Virus record (IMG/VR): IMGVR_UViG_3300023184_009656
Span: 1 to 60,878 of that record
Source: a virus
Taxonomy: Duplodnaviria > Caudoviricetes
Reading direction: 5' to 3' (one strand)
Length of the DNA stretch: 60,878 nucleotides
Shown: positions 9,389 through 18,906 of the stretch, in pieces
How positions within the stretch are numbered: position 1 is the stretch's first letter
Layout: each line of letters begins with the position of its first letter
The notes under the pieces: model-generated
What the model saw: the letters and a program-made list of their open reading frames with translations, nothing else
What the model was told of the DNA's origin: nothing
Database searches by the model: none
Translations under genes and position numbers: made by a program

Positions 9389-10377
9389 TAGATCTAACAG
9401 AAAAGAAATTAAAACTTTTATTCTTTGAAATTTGTAATGGCTATTCTAAACTTTTAGATAAAGATAATAAAACATACATATACATAAAACATTTTGGCGA
9501 GTTTACTTCTGGTGAGTTTGAGGAGTATTTTTTTGAGCAATATGAAATAGCCAAGAAAAAAGGTTTGCCCACGTTAGCAGAAAAAGAAAAATTTCTAATA
9601 GATCAAGATTATTGGACTAAAACTCAAAATGAAGAGTTAAAATATAAGCAAGAAAAATTACAAAAACTAGAAAAAAGCTATGCGGACTTATTCTTAAAGT
9701 CTCATATGGATAAGGCTAAAAAAGAAATAACTGAATTACGTAAAAATGTTAAAGCCTTAGAAGATGAAAAGAAAGACTTATTAGGTATGCATGCTGAAAC
9801 ATATGCTGAAAATAAGCTAGAATATTTTTATATTTTAAATTCATTTTATAAAGATAAAGAGTTAAAAGAGAAATTATTTGATTTTTACAACGAAGATGTA
9901 GATAGCGATTCTTATTATCAATATATTGTTTTACATAATAAAATTATCGAAAAATTCAATATTAATCATATTAAAGCTTTGGGTTTATCTAATTCATTTC
10001 AAAATATAATTAACGTATCAGATGAAAATTGTTACTATCTATTTGGAAAACCAATATATCATTTAACTTATTACCAAAATAGTATATTCACTTATGGCAA
10101 GTACTTTTCTAATATATTATCTATGCAAGAGGCTAAAAAATTAGATACAGCAACCAAAACTAATGCAGATAAGTTATTAGAATGGTATAATGCCCTTGTT
10201 AATTTTAAGTCTAAAAACCCTAATAGTTCTGGTAAAGGCATGAGTTTCGTTATGGGCGCAAACAAAGAAGACATGGAATATCTAAAGCAAGATGTGAAAA
10301 ACGATATGAATGATATAGCAAAAGCTCAAGGTGGAAAATTAGGTATACAAGAACTAGCGAAATTATCTAAAATATAA
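9385..10377 (+). CDS. Putative tail assembly chaperone 2 / hypothetical coiled-coil protein
   Basis: 330 aa, TTG start overlapping the upstream TGA; directly upstream of TMP. Confidence 0.4.
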   Translation: MIDLTEKKLKLLFFEICNGYSKLLDKDNKTYIYIKHFGEFTSGEFEEYFFEQYEIAKKKGLPTLAEKEKFLIDQDYWTKTQNEELKYKQEKLQKLEKSYADLFLKSHMDKAKKEITELRKNVKALEDEKKDLLGMHAETYAENKLEYFYILNSFYKDKELKEKLFDFYNEDVDSDSYYQYIVLHNKIIEKFNINHIKALGLSNSFQNIINVSDENCYYLFGKPIYHLTYYQNSIFTYGKYFSNILSMQEAKKLDTATKTNADKLLEWYNALVNFKSKNPNSSGKGMSFVMGANKEDMEYLKQDVKNDMNDIAKAQGGKLGIQELAKLSKI

Positions 10378-10384
10378 AAATATA

Positions 10385-10410
10385 AGTGTAATAATATCAT
10401 AGGAAAAAGG
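10385..10410 (+). promoter_or_regulatory. Late promoter AGTGTAA (10385-10391) plus tandem AGG-N4-AGG RBS (10401-10410)
   Basis: Intergenic, upstream of TMP ATG 10418. Confidence 0.65.
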
Positions 10411-10417
10411 TTAATCT

Positions 10418-13400
10418 ATGAGTGATATTATTATTTCGGTGGATGGAGATACAAGGCCGTTAGAGGCTAAGTTAGGCAAGATATCCGCCAGAACAGTAAA
10501 TTTAAATCTAAAGGATAGCTTATCACAGCCTTTAGGTAGAATTACTGGTAAAGTATCAGAATTCCAGAAATCATTAGAAGCATCTAATGCTCGTGTTTTA
10601 GCCTTCGGCGCATCAGCAGGAGCTATATATACTGTTCAAAAAGCTTTTTCTGAAATAGTAAAATCAACCATAGAAGTTGAAAAAAGTTTAGCGGATATTA
10701 ATGTAGTTTTAAATGCATCCAGTAAAGATCTTGGAAAATTTGGTAGTAGTTTATTTGGTATAGCAAAAAGTACTGGACAAAGTTTCGATCAAGTATCAAA
10801 AGCTGCAACAGAATTTGCTCGTCAAGGTTTAGGAGTAGCTGAAACATTAAAAAGAACAAGTGATGCTTTGATATTAAGTCGTCTTTCTGGATTAGATGCA
10901 GCAAGAAGTGTAGAAACTTTAACTGCAGCAGTAAATTCGTTTGCTCGTGCTGGATTAACTTCTACTCAAATCATTAACAAATTAGCAAATGTTGATGCAA
11001 GTTTTGCTGTTAGTACTGGTGATTTAGCAGAAGCTATTAGTCGAGTTGGTAGTACTGCTCAAGACGTTGGAGTAGATTTGGATCAATTAATTGCACTTGT
11101 TACTTCTGCTCAACAAACAACTGCTAGAGGTGGAGCAGTAATTGGTAACTCATTTAAAACTATTTTCACTAGAATTCAAAGAGCAGATACTCTTGATGCA
11201 TTAGAAGGTGTTGGTGTTGCTGTTAGAGATTTACAAGGCAATGTTTTACCAGCAATGCAAGTGTTAGATAATTTAGCAAAAACATTTGGAAAATTAACTC
11301 AAGCTCAACAAGCTTCAATTGCAGAAGATGTTGGTGGCGTATTCCAAATTAATATTTTGCGAGCAGCACTAGCAGACTTAGGAAAAGAATATAATGTTTA
11401 TAATAGTGCTTTAGGAGTTTCAAGAACTGCAACAGATCAAGCTATCAAAAGAAATGAAGCACTAAATCAAACTCTTTCAGCTCTAACAAATAAAACTTTC
11501 GTTAATTTAAAAGAAGCTGCAGCTAAAGTTGGTGAAATAACAATAGCTCCAACAATTAAAGGTGGGCTAGGTGGACTTAATGTTTTATTAGAAGAATTTA
11601 ATAAACCACAAGAGAGTCAAGGTATTGGAACACAAATCGCGACAGGAATTTTATCTGGTATAGGAAATTATATAAGTGGTCCAGGATTAGCAGTTGTTGG
11701 TGCAGCTTTTATTAAAATTTTTGGTGGATTGACTAAGTTTAGTGCTGAAGCATTAAAGAGTTTAATTGGAATTAGCAGTCAAGCAGATAAAATCGCAGCA
11801 GCTCAAGAAAGAGTTAACACTATTCTTGCTCAAAATCCAAGTTTAATTCAAGCTATTATTTCAAAAGAAAGCTCTTTGCTTCAAATAGAAAATCAAATAT
11901 TAAAAATTATACAATCTCAAAATGCAGCAAGAGCAGTTGGTGCAAGTATTTCTGCTAGAGTTGCTCCAGCAGCCGCAGCATTACCAATTCCAACGGTAAA
12001 AACAAAAACAAAAGCTGGTGGACATATTCCTAATTTCTCAGCTGCAGCAGCGCAAGAAATTATGGGAGCATATGCTGGAGGATATACTCCAGGAGCAGTT
12101 AAAAAAACCAATGGAATGTATTATAATACAGCAGAATCTGTTGTTCAATTTCCTGGAGCTAGCGGTCCAGCAATAATTCCTCCAGAAAATAGTGATGCAG
12201 GAAAAAATTATAAAAAACAATTTCAACGTTCTGCTGGATTTGATCCTTATGCGTCAAATGGATTCATTCCTAATTTTGCTAAAACATTAACAGAAAGTTA
12301 TCCAGAAAAAGGTTCTGCATCCAAACAAGTCTCAATGATTTATGCTAAAAAAGCTGGTATTGGGTTAGGAACTGGTGTTGCAAAATATGGAGATTATAAT
12401 GTTCCAATTAGTTTTAATACAGCTGGATTTTCTGCAAGTAAAGTTAGAAAACCTGAAGATGTTAATTTAGAAAAACAATTAGGAGATTATTTAGTTAAAT
12501 TTACAAATCAATTTGCTCAAAGAATTTTTGCTGGAGGATCTGGCGGAGGAGCAGCTAAAATTGGAGGGATAAGTGAATTATCAAATAGAGGTTCATTTGG
12601 TAGTATAGTTGGAACAGTATTTGAAACAGCAGTAGATTTAGCAGCAGGAAAATTAAATGAAGGTAGAGCACAAAATGCTCCTATTGATTTTGCAAGTCCA
12701 AATGGATTATTAAGAAAAATGTTTGGTGGTGCTCCAGGCCAATACGAAGCTAAAGTTAATAACAATCCAGATCAATTAAATAGCGTTGCTCAAAAAATTC
12801 TAAATACAGGTTTAATTTCTCCTCAATTAAAAAATTTATTAGGAATAAATACTAAACCAGAAGGAAAAAGAAGAGCTAAACAAAAACCCGCAAGATATCA
12901 AAAGAAAGCATCAGTTGGATTTATACCTAATTTTTCAGCTCTTCAAGAAGCGATAGGTAGAGAGCAAGCTGCTGGTATTTCTTCTAGTCAAATTAGAGTT
13001 GGAGCTGATTCAACTTTAATGAATAAAAATAATCCTTTTGGTCTAGGAGTTTACAATACAAAAGATGAACCAGCAGGATTAAAGCAAGGAATAAATAGGT
13101 CAAGAGGAAATATACCAAATTTTGCTATGCCAGTTGCAACTCCTGGAGCAGGAAGTATACCTGTTCCAGAAATGAAAAAACTTAAAGAAACTACTATAAA
13201 TTTGTCAGAAAAAATGGTTGTTAGTCAAGGCAGATTAATGGCTTTGAGTTTTGGTCTTTCTACAGCTCAAGGCATTATAACTCAATTTGGTTCAGAAACA
13301 AATAAAGTAACAAAAGGATTATCTCAAAGTTTGGGAATAATGAGTACAGTAGCTTCTGGATTTTCTGTTGGAGGGAAAAAATACGGAGGAGCAATTGCAG

Positions 13401-15682
13401 GAACCATGGTAGCTGCTCAAGGAGTTGCTGGATTGTCCGAATCAGCCAACAAACCATATACAACACAAATAGATAGTTTAAATAAAAGTTTAGATGAGAT
13501 GAAAAATAAATCTGGACAATTAGAATCAACAATTAGTTCTTTAACTCCAACTATTAATGAATATGTTGCAGAATTAGATAAAAGTGAACCAGATCCAGCA
13601 AAAATATCAGACTTTAAAAAAGCAATATTAGAAGGCATAGCTCCACTTGGAAAAGAAATGCAAGATAAGATTATGAAAAATTTATCTTCTCCAAAAGAAG
13701 TTCAAGCCGCTTTAAGCAAAGAACAAAGAGGAGGAGCAATCGAACAGTCTCAAAAAGAACTAACGAGAGATATTTATCAAAAACAATTAAATTCAAGAAA
13801 ACAAATGGGATTTCAAGGCCAAGTTGGTCAAATATTATCTGCAGTTCCAGGTTTAGGTGGAGTTGGCAAGCGTATGATAGAAGGTCAAGGAACTCAAGAT
13901 GTATTAGGAAATAAACAAGATATAGAAGGAATGGCTGGAAATTTATTAGCTCCATTAGCTCAAACTCCAGAAGGATTAGCTTCTCTTGCTGAAAATTTAT
14001 CAAATGTCTCTACTAACACAAATGATGTTATTGCTGTATTAAAAATGATGTATGAAAGTGCTGGAGTTAGTACTGAATCTATTAATGCTTTAAATGGCGC
14101 ACTTGCTCAAAGTCCAAAATCAGCAAATGAACTTACTCAAGCTTTATTTAAAACATTAGAAGCAGAAATTAAAAGAACAAAAGCTATAAAAGAACAAGGC
14201 GCTGGTCAAGGTGGAGGTATTGTAAAAAATTACGCAGGAGCAGAAAATATTGTTACAAAAGAAAGTGTTCAAGGAGGAAAAGAAACAAGCTTAAAAGCCA
14301 GATTAGCAGAGATGACTGCTATAACTACTCGCGCAAAAAAAATTGGTCCAGCAGCTCAAGTTTTCCAAGATCTAGGTTCATCTAATCTTATAGATCTTAT
14401 GAGTCAAAGTGGAGTATCTCTTGATACGTTAAAACAAACAAATCCAGAATTAGTAAAAATGGGAGAACAAGGATACGTTAATAAAGCTAAAGAAAATTTT
14501 GCTGCTCAAAGAGAAGCTATTGTTGCAACTGGTGGAGATGTTGGAAAATTTGATGAAATGATGAAAAAATTAAATCTTGAAGATCTTGGTAAAGCTGCAT
14601 TTGAAAAATCTTATACTGGAAAAGATTTACCAGATTATACTAAAATGGGAACATTTTTTCAAGAACAAAGCGCAGCGCAAAAAGAAAATACAGCTGCTGT
14701 TCAAGCTTTAACAGCAGCTCAACAACAAGCAGCTGCAGGATCAGCAAATGCAAAAAATGCTACGTTCGATCAAGGCCAGGCATCTAGAATGGGAACTGAA
14801 GTTCCAGGAACTCAACCAGATTGGGTGAATACATTATTAACTACTTTAGGAGCAGGTGGAGGCGTAGTTAGTAGTGCTCTTGGAGGAGCTCTTGGAGGTG
14901 GAGTAGCTAATGTATCAACAAAAGCTGTTGGAGGTGCACTTAATGTAGGAAAAAATGTTGTTGGAGGTGCAGTTAATGTAGGAAAAAATGTTGTTGGAGG
15001 TATAGGAGGAGGATTTGGAGCTGCCAGAGGAGTATTAAATACAGCAGCTGCAGCAAATGGAATGAATATAGGAGTAGGAGAGGCATTAGCGTTACCTGGA
15101 GGAGCTCTAACAACAGCTGCTTTAGGTGTTGGTGCATTTGCTGGTGGCGCAGCTCTTGGTTATGGAGCTGGAGAACTTGTTGATCCTGGAGCAGAAAAAC
15201 GTACAGCTATGCTTGAATCAATTCCTGGAGTCAAAACTGGGTTTAAATCATTATCTTCTGTTTTACCTAGTTTTCTTGGCGGTGGAGGAGCTGAAGGACC
15301 TAGCCAAGAAGATGAAGCTAAAACAACTGAAATGTTCAATCGAGCTAAAGAAAAACAAAAACAAAGACTACAAAGACAACAAGCCGTCTCAGAAGCACCA
15401 ACCGTAGAAGTTCCAGAAAACCAACTTAAAGAAGTGCAAAAAACAGCTAGCACAGAAAAAGCTCAACAGAATCAGATTACTAACACAATTTCTGTATCAC
15501 CAACAATAAGTATTGCTCAACAAGCAGCAGCAAATGATAAGGCGGATCTGCAAAAAATGATAGAAGCAGAAGTAAAGAAATTTGGTGAAGGGTTATTAAA
15601 AATTGTAGAAGAAAAATCTAAAAACACGGCAAAAGGAACTGTCACTCCACCTCAATCAATGAGGGCTCAGATGGCAGCATAA
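10418..15682 (+). CDS. Tail tape measure protein (TP901-type core) with internal G-x-IPNF-delimited domains
   Basis: 1754 aa, Ala/Gly/Gln-rich. N-terminal core motifs (EFARQGL...ALILSRLSGLDAA...DLAEAISRVGS...RGGAVIGNSFKTIFTRI), hydrophobic TM-like segments, Gly-rich C-terminus. Confidence 0.9.
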   Translation: MSDIIISVDGDTRPLEAKLGKISARTVNLNLKDSLSQPLGRITGKVSEFQKSLEASNARVLAFGASAGAIYTVQKAFSEIVKSTIEVEKSLADINVVLNASSKDLGKFGSSLFGIAKSTGQSFDQVSKAATEFARQGLGVAETLKRTSDALILSRLSGLDAARSVETLTAAVNSFARAGLTSTQIINKLANVDASFAVSTGDLAEAISRVGSTAQDVGVDLDQLIALVTSAQQTTARGGAVIGNSFKTIFTRIQRADTLDALEGVGVAVRDLQGNVLPAMQVLDNLAKTFGKLTQAQQASIAEDVGGVFQINILRAALADLGKEYNVYNSALGVSRTATDQAIKRNEALNQTLSALTNKTFVNLKEAAAKVGEITIAPTIKGGLGGLNVLLEEFNKPQESQGIGTQIATGILSGIGNYISGPGLAVVGAAFIKIFGGLTKFSAEALKSLIGISSQADKIAAAQERVNTILAQNPSLIQAIISKESSLLQIENQILKIIQSQNAARAVGASISARVAPAAAALPIPTVKTKTKAGGHIPNFSAAAAQEIMGAYAGGYTPGAVKKTNGMYYNTAESVVQFPGASGPAIIPPENSDAGKNYKKQFQRSAGFDPYASNGFIPNFAKTLTESYPEKGSASKQVSMIYAKKAGIGLGTGVAKYGDYNVPISFNTAGFSASKVRKPEDVNLEKQLGDYLVKFTNQFAQRIFAGGSGGGAAKIGGISELSNRGSFGSIVGTVFETAVDLAAGKLNEGRAQNAPIDFASPNGLLRKMFGGAPGQYEAKVNNNPDQLNSVAQKILNTGLISPQLKNLLGINTKPEGKRRAKQKPARYQKKASVGFIPNFSALQEAIGREQAAGISSSQIRVGADSTLMNKNNPFGLGVYNTKDEPAGLKQGINRSRGNIPNFAMPVATPGAGSIPVPEMKKLKETTINLSEKMVVSQGRLMALSFGLSTAQGIITQFGSETNKVTKGLSQSLGIMSTVASGFSVGGKKYGGAIAGTMVAAQGVAGLSESANKPYTTQIDSLNKSLDEMKNKSGQLESTISSLTPTINEYVAELDKSEPDPAKISDFKKAILEGIAPLGKEMQDKIMKNLSSPKEVQAALSKEQRGGAIEQSQKELTRDIYQKQLNSRKQMGFQGQVGQILSAVPGLGGVGKRMIEGQGTQDVLGNKQDIEGMAGNLLAPLAQTPEGLASLAENLSNVSTNTNDVIAVLKMMYESAGVSTESINALNGALAQSPKSANELTQALFKTLEAEIKRTKAIKEQGAGQGGGIVKNYAGAENIVTKESVQGGKETSLKARLAEMTAITTRAKKIGPAAQVFQDLGSSNLIDLMSQSGVSLDTLKQTNPELVKMGEQGYVNKAKENFAAQREAIVATGGDVGKFDEMMKKLNLEDLGKAAFEKSYTGKDLPDYTKMGTFFQEQSAAQKENTAAVQALTAAQQQAAAGSANAKNATFDQGQASRMGTEVPGTQPDWVNTLLTTLGAGGGVVSSALGGALGGGVANVSTKAVGGALNVGKNVVGGAVNVGKNVVGGIGGGFGAARGVLNTAAAANGMNIGVGEALALPGGALTTAALGVGAFAGGAALGYGAGELVDPGAEKRTAMLESIPGVKTGFKSLSSVLPSFLGGGGAEGPSQEDEAKTTEMFNRAKEKQKQRLQRQQAVSEAPTVEVPENQLKEVQKTASTEKAQQNQITNTISVSPTISIAQQAAANDKADLQKMIEAEVKKFGEGLLKIVEEKSKNTAKGTVTPPQSMRAQMAA
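12020..13123 (+). repeat. Four dispersed G-x-IPNF-(S/A) peptide repeats in the TMP
   Basis: GHIPNFS 12020, GFIPNFA 12260, GFIPNFS 12917, GNIPNFA 13106 (residues 535, 615, 834, 897). Confidence 0.9.
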
Positions 15683-15685
15683 AAT

Positions 15686-17371
15686 ATGGCAAATCCAGTA
15701 TTTAATATAAATTTACAATATCCACAAATTACTAGCGCGACAAAAAAGATCGAAAAAAATCAAGCTAATTTTTTATTAAGAATTATCCAAGAGATTACTG
15801 TAAAAGGAAAACTATTAAAATTTAATAATCTAAGTGGTTATTCTGAAATATGGGCTCAAATTGATGCTATTCAAGATAATAAATCAGCTAAAAATTGTAC
15901 TCTTAATTTTGCAAATTTAGTATCTTATAGTGGAGTTAAAATAACTAGTATTAGTTTTGATCAAACAAATAATCAAGATGTTCAAAGTAAAGATTTTTCT
16001 ATAACTTTTGAAGTATACGAAGCAGTAAGCTCTTCTGGTTTAACTCAATATGGAGTTACTACAACTCAATTAAAAGATTTAGAAGATATTAAAATAACTC
16101 AAGTTAAAGATCAAAATTTAGAAGGAGAAACTTTAACAACTTCAGTTGGAATAACATTTACCCCTAATGCAAATACTTTTAATGAAAGTATAGCGAATAC
16201 TATTGCTAAAGCTGTATTAGCTGCAACAAATATACTCTCATTAACATCATCAAGAACAACAGTTTCAAATGTTTACGATGAAAAAACTGCAACGTATACA
16301 TATATAGAAGTAAAGAACAAATTTAGAGGAAGTGGTGGTGGATTTGCAATTTTAAGATCTAATAATTATAATATTCAAAATAACGGATCAATTCTTGTGA
16401 CAGATAATACTCAAATTAAAATAGAAAGCAATACTTATACAATTAACGAACTATATTCTAGAGCTTTATCTGAAGCTAGTGGAGCATTAGGTAGATGTCA
16501 ACAATTTCTTAACATTTATTATTCATTTAGTTATGGAACTCCTCCAGCTGGATATAGAAACACTTTCTTACTTTTCAATAAGCAAATAACAGTAGATGAA
16601 GCTTCTGGTACTGCTCAAGCTAGTGCTTCTATAACTAATGAACCAGAATATACTGGTAATGTTAAAGTAGAAATTGTAAGCACAATAGAAGATCTTAAAA
16701 AAGAAGATTCAAAAAGAAAAACAGTTAGGGGGACTATAACTGGCATAAATAATCCACCAGATAAAGAAATCAATCCCACATCTAATAAAAAATTAGCAGC
16801 TGCAAAAAATTATTTTGATAGTAATTATAAACCTAAATTTATAAGCGCAAAAAATTTTATTGATGCAAAAGGTGAAATAACTGGAGCTAAGTATAAAGCT
16901 TATATTACAAATGGAGATGTTTCGTATAATATTAGTGAAGGATCTATTAATTTTAGTTTAACTTACGAAAGCAGACCAAATTTTGATGTTTCTGAAAGCA
17001 CTATGATTTATGGTTCTGCAGAATTAACAAATCAATCTGCAGTTCATTTAGCAAATCAATTTATTATAATTGGCGGACAAACTCCAGGAGAAGAATTAAT
17101 TCAAGAAAGTAATCAATCTAGACCAATAGAACAAACATTAAAAGTCCAAGCTTTATTTAAAAAACCTGCAGATATTAAAAATTATATATCAAAATTTAAA
17201 GATCTTATTAGTCAGAACTACAATGATGGAATCATTAAATCAATAAATATTTCAGCAGAATTAATAAATAGAACATTTCAAGGTAGTGCAACTTGGTTAA
17301 AATTTGGGGATTATAGAGAAAGAAGTAATATTAGCCTTAAAGTTACAACACCAAAACAGGTAAAAGTCTAA
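15686..17371 (+). CDS. Putative distal tail / tail-tip hub protein
   Basis: 561 aa, beta-rich, first gene after TMP; repeated ITSISF...FSITFEVY-like strands. Confidence 0.45.
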   Translation: MANPVFNINLQYPQITSATKKIEKNQANFLLRIIQEITVKGKLLKFNNLSGYSEIWAQIDAIQDNKSAKNCTLNFANLVSYSGVKITSISFDQTNNQDVQSKDFSITFEVYEAVSSSGLTQYGVTTTQLKDLEDIKITQVKDQNLEGETLTTSVGITFTPNANTFNESIANTIAKAVLAATNILSLTSSRTTVSNVYDEKTATYTYIEVKNKFRGSGGGFAILRSNNYNIQNNGSILVTDNTQIKIESNTYTINELYSRALSEASGALGRCQQFLNIYYSFSYGTPPAGYRNTFLLFNKQITVDEASGTAQASASITNEPEYTGNVKVEIVSTIEDLKKEDSKRKTVRGTITGINNPPDKEINPTSNKKLAAAKNYFDSNYKPKFISAKNFIDAKGEITGAKYKAYITNGDVSYNISEGSINFSLTYESRPNFDVSESTMIYGSAELTNQSAVHLANQFIIIGGQTPGEELIQESNQSRPIEQTLKVQALFKKPADIKNYISKFKDLISQNYNDGIIKSINISAELINRTFQGSATWLKFGDYRERSNISLKVTTPKQVKV

Positions 17372-18906
17372 TGAGTAATATATCTTTATCTTCTCTTTAT
17401 CCAAATTTTTTAGAAGGTTCAAGTTTAACTGATAAAAAAATTACAGCTTTTGCTACTAAAAGAATAGAACCAGTATTTAATGGACCAATTCAATATGCAA
17501 ATAAAGTAATCTTTACAATAGAAGGAGAATATCTTCCTCAAGGAGTTGGGGGAAATATACCCAATCAAGCAGTAATTGGAATTAAAACATTTTTAGATAC
17601 TTTTTCTGTATTGAATAATGGAAATTGTACTCTTTCAAATATTACTTTAAATGAAGCTAATTGGGTTGGTCATGTTCCATATACTGTAGAATGTGAATGT
17701 TATAGTTTTATGGATGATAATATAAATAAAACTATTGATGCAAAAAATGAAATTAGCATTACTGAAAACCTAGATGGTACAATAAGTATAAATAGAAGCA
17801 TTAATGTAAGCGCTATATCTATAAATGGTTCTAGCGCTGTAAATGATGCAAGAACTTTTGCTTCACTTTTAAGTGGACAAGTAGGTAGCTGGAAATTAAA
17901 TTATTCTACAAGTAATAAAGCTGGAAGTTTGAATAGTATAGTTTTAAATAGTGATTCACAAACTGCGGATATTAGTAATGGAGGTTATAGTATTCAACAA
18001 AATTTTACAGCAAATTTATTACCAAGAGATATATCAAAAAAAGGTATAGTAAAACATTCTGCAGAATTTCAATCTAGTATAGATGGATTAGCCACAGTCA
18101 ATGTAAAATCTAATGTAATTGGTGGAATAAATACAACTGAAAATGATTTAAAGGCTTTAATAAAATCTAACCCATTTTCTACTCCAGCTGGTTTTAAAGT
18201 TATATCTAATACAGCAAGTTACGATGATGTTCAAAAGTCAATGGAAATAAATACTACTTTTTCTAACGATTTGACAATCACTACAAATGGAAATAAAGTT
18301 AGTAATTCATTAAGTTTTAATTTTGATTTTTTTACACAAAATACAAATGCTACTTTTAATTCAGAATCAAGACCAGCAACCGTTGTAAAAAACTCTAATT
18401 CAACGGCATCAGATTTATCAAAAAATATTTCTCAACAAATAAAAACTTATAATCCTCTTGGAGAAGATCTTATATTAGAAACAACTAGCGATGGAGATGG
18501 GGTAGTAACTCAAGTTTCAACTTATTCTGAAAATTATATAAGATCTTCAAATATTATAGCAAATGGCAATAATATTCAATATACAGATGTAAATGTTAAT
18601 GTTGATTATCAAGCCGCATTTCCACAAAATAGTTTCGCACCACTTTTAAGTGGAAAAGGAAATTATTACTTAGAAAATTTAGATTATATTAATAATTCAA
18701 TTATTAATACTTCTGTTCAAGGAAAATATATCTCAACAGCACCACAAACAAGCTTTTTTAAAGATTTCGACAAGAGTGGAGATTTAGTAGCTTTAACTAA
18801 AACTTTACTATTAAAAGATGAAATGGGGCTTGATACTCAAAATAGATCATTCTCTTATGTTATACAAAAAGTTGGAAACGATAAAACTTTTGAAAGCTTA
18901 AAATGA
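17371..18906 (+). CDS. Putative tail-tip protein, apparent paralog of the upstream gene
   Basis: 511 aa; similar pattern (FTIEG...LSNITLNE...YTVECECY; ENLDGTISIN vs IQNNGSILVT). Confidence 0.45.
   Translation: MSNISLSSLYPNFLEGSSLTDKKITAFATKRIEPVFNGPIQYANKVIFTIEGEYLPQGVGGNIPNQAVIGIKTFLDTFSVLNNGNCTLSNITLNEANWVGHVPYTVECECYSFMDDNINKTIDAKNEISITENLDGTISINRSINVSAISINGSSAVNDARTFASLLSGQVGSWKLNYSTSNKAGSLNSIVLNSDSQTADISNGGYSIQQNFTANLLPRDISKKGIVKHSAEFQSSIDGLATVNVKSNVIGGINTTENDLKALIKSNPFSTPAGFKVISNTASYDDVQKSMEINTTFSNDLTITTNGNKVSNSLSFNFDFFTQNTNATFNSESRPATVVKNSNSTASDLSKNISQQIKTYNPLGEDLILETTSDGDGVVTQVSTYSENYIRSSNIIANGNNIQYTDVNVNVDYQAAFPQNSFAPLLSGKGNYYLENLDYINNSIINTSVQGKYISTAPQTSFFKDFDKSGDLVALTKTLLLKDEMGLDTQNRSFSYVIQKVGNDKTFESLK

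Noticed and set aside
9340-9390. Programmed -1 frameshift joining the two chaperone-like ORFs (lambda G/GT style)
   Set aside because: The downstream ORF is in the -1 frame, but an in-frame TGA at 9379-9381 lies just before its TTG start and no XXXYYYZ slippery site fits in the remaining window.
14921-15000. 33-nt repeat (VGGAxNVGKNV) in the TMP
   Set aside because: Ordinary 11-residue TMP periodicity.
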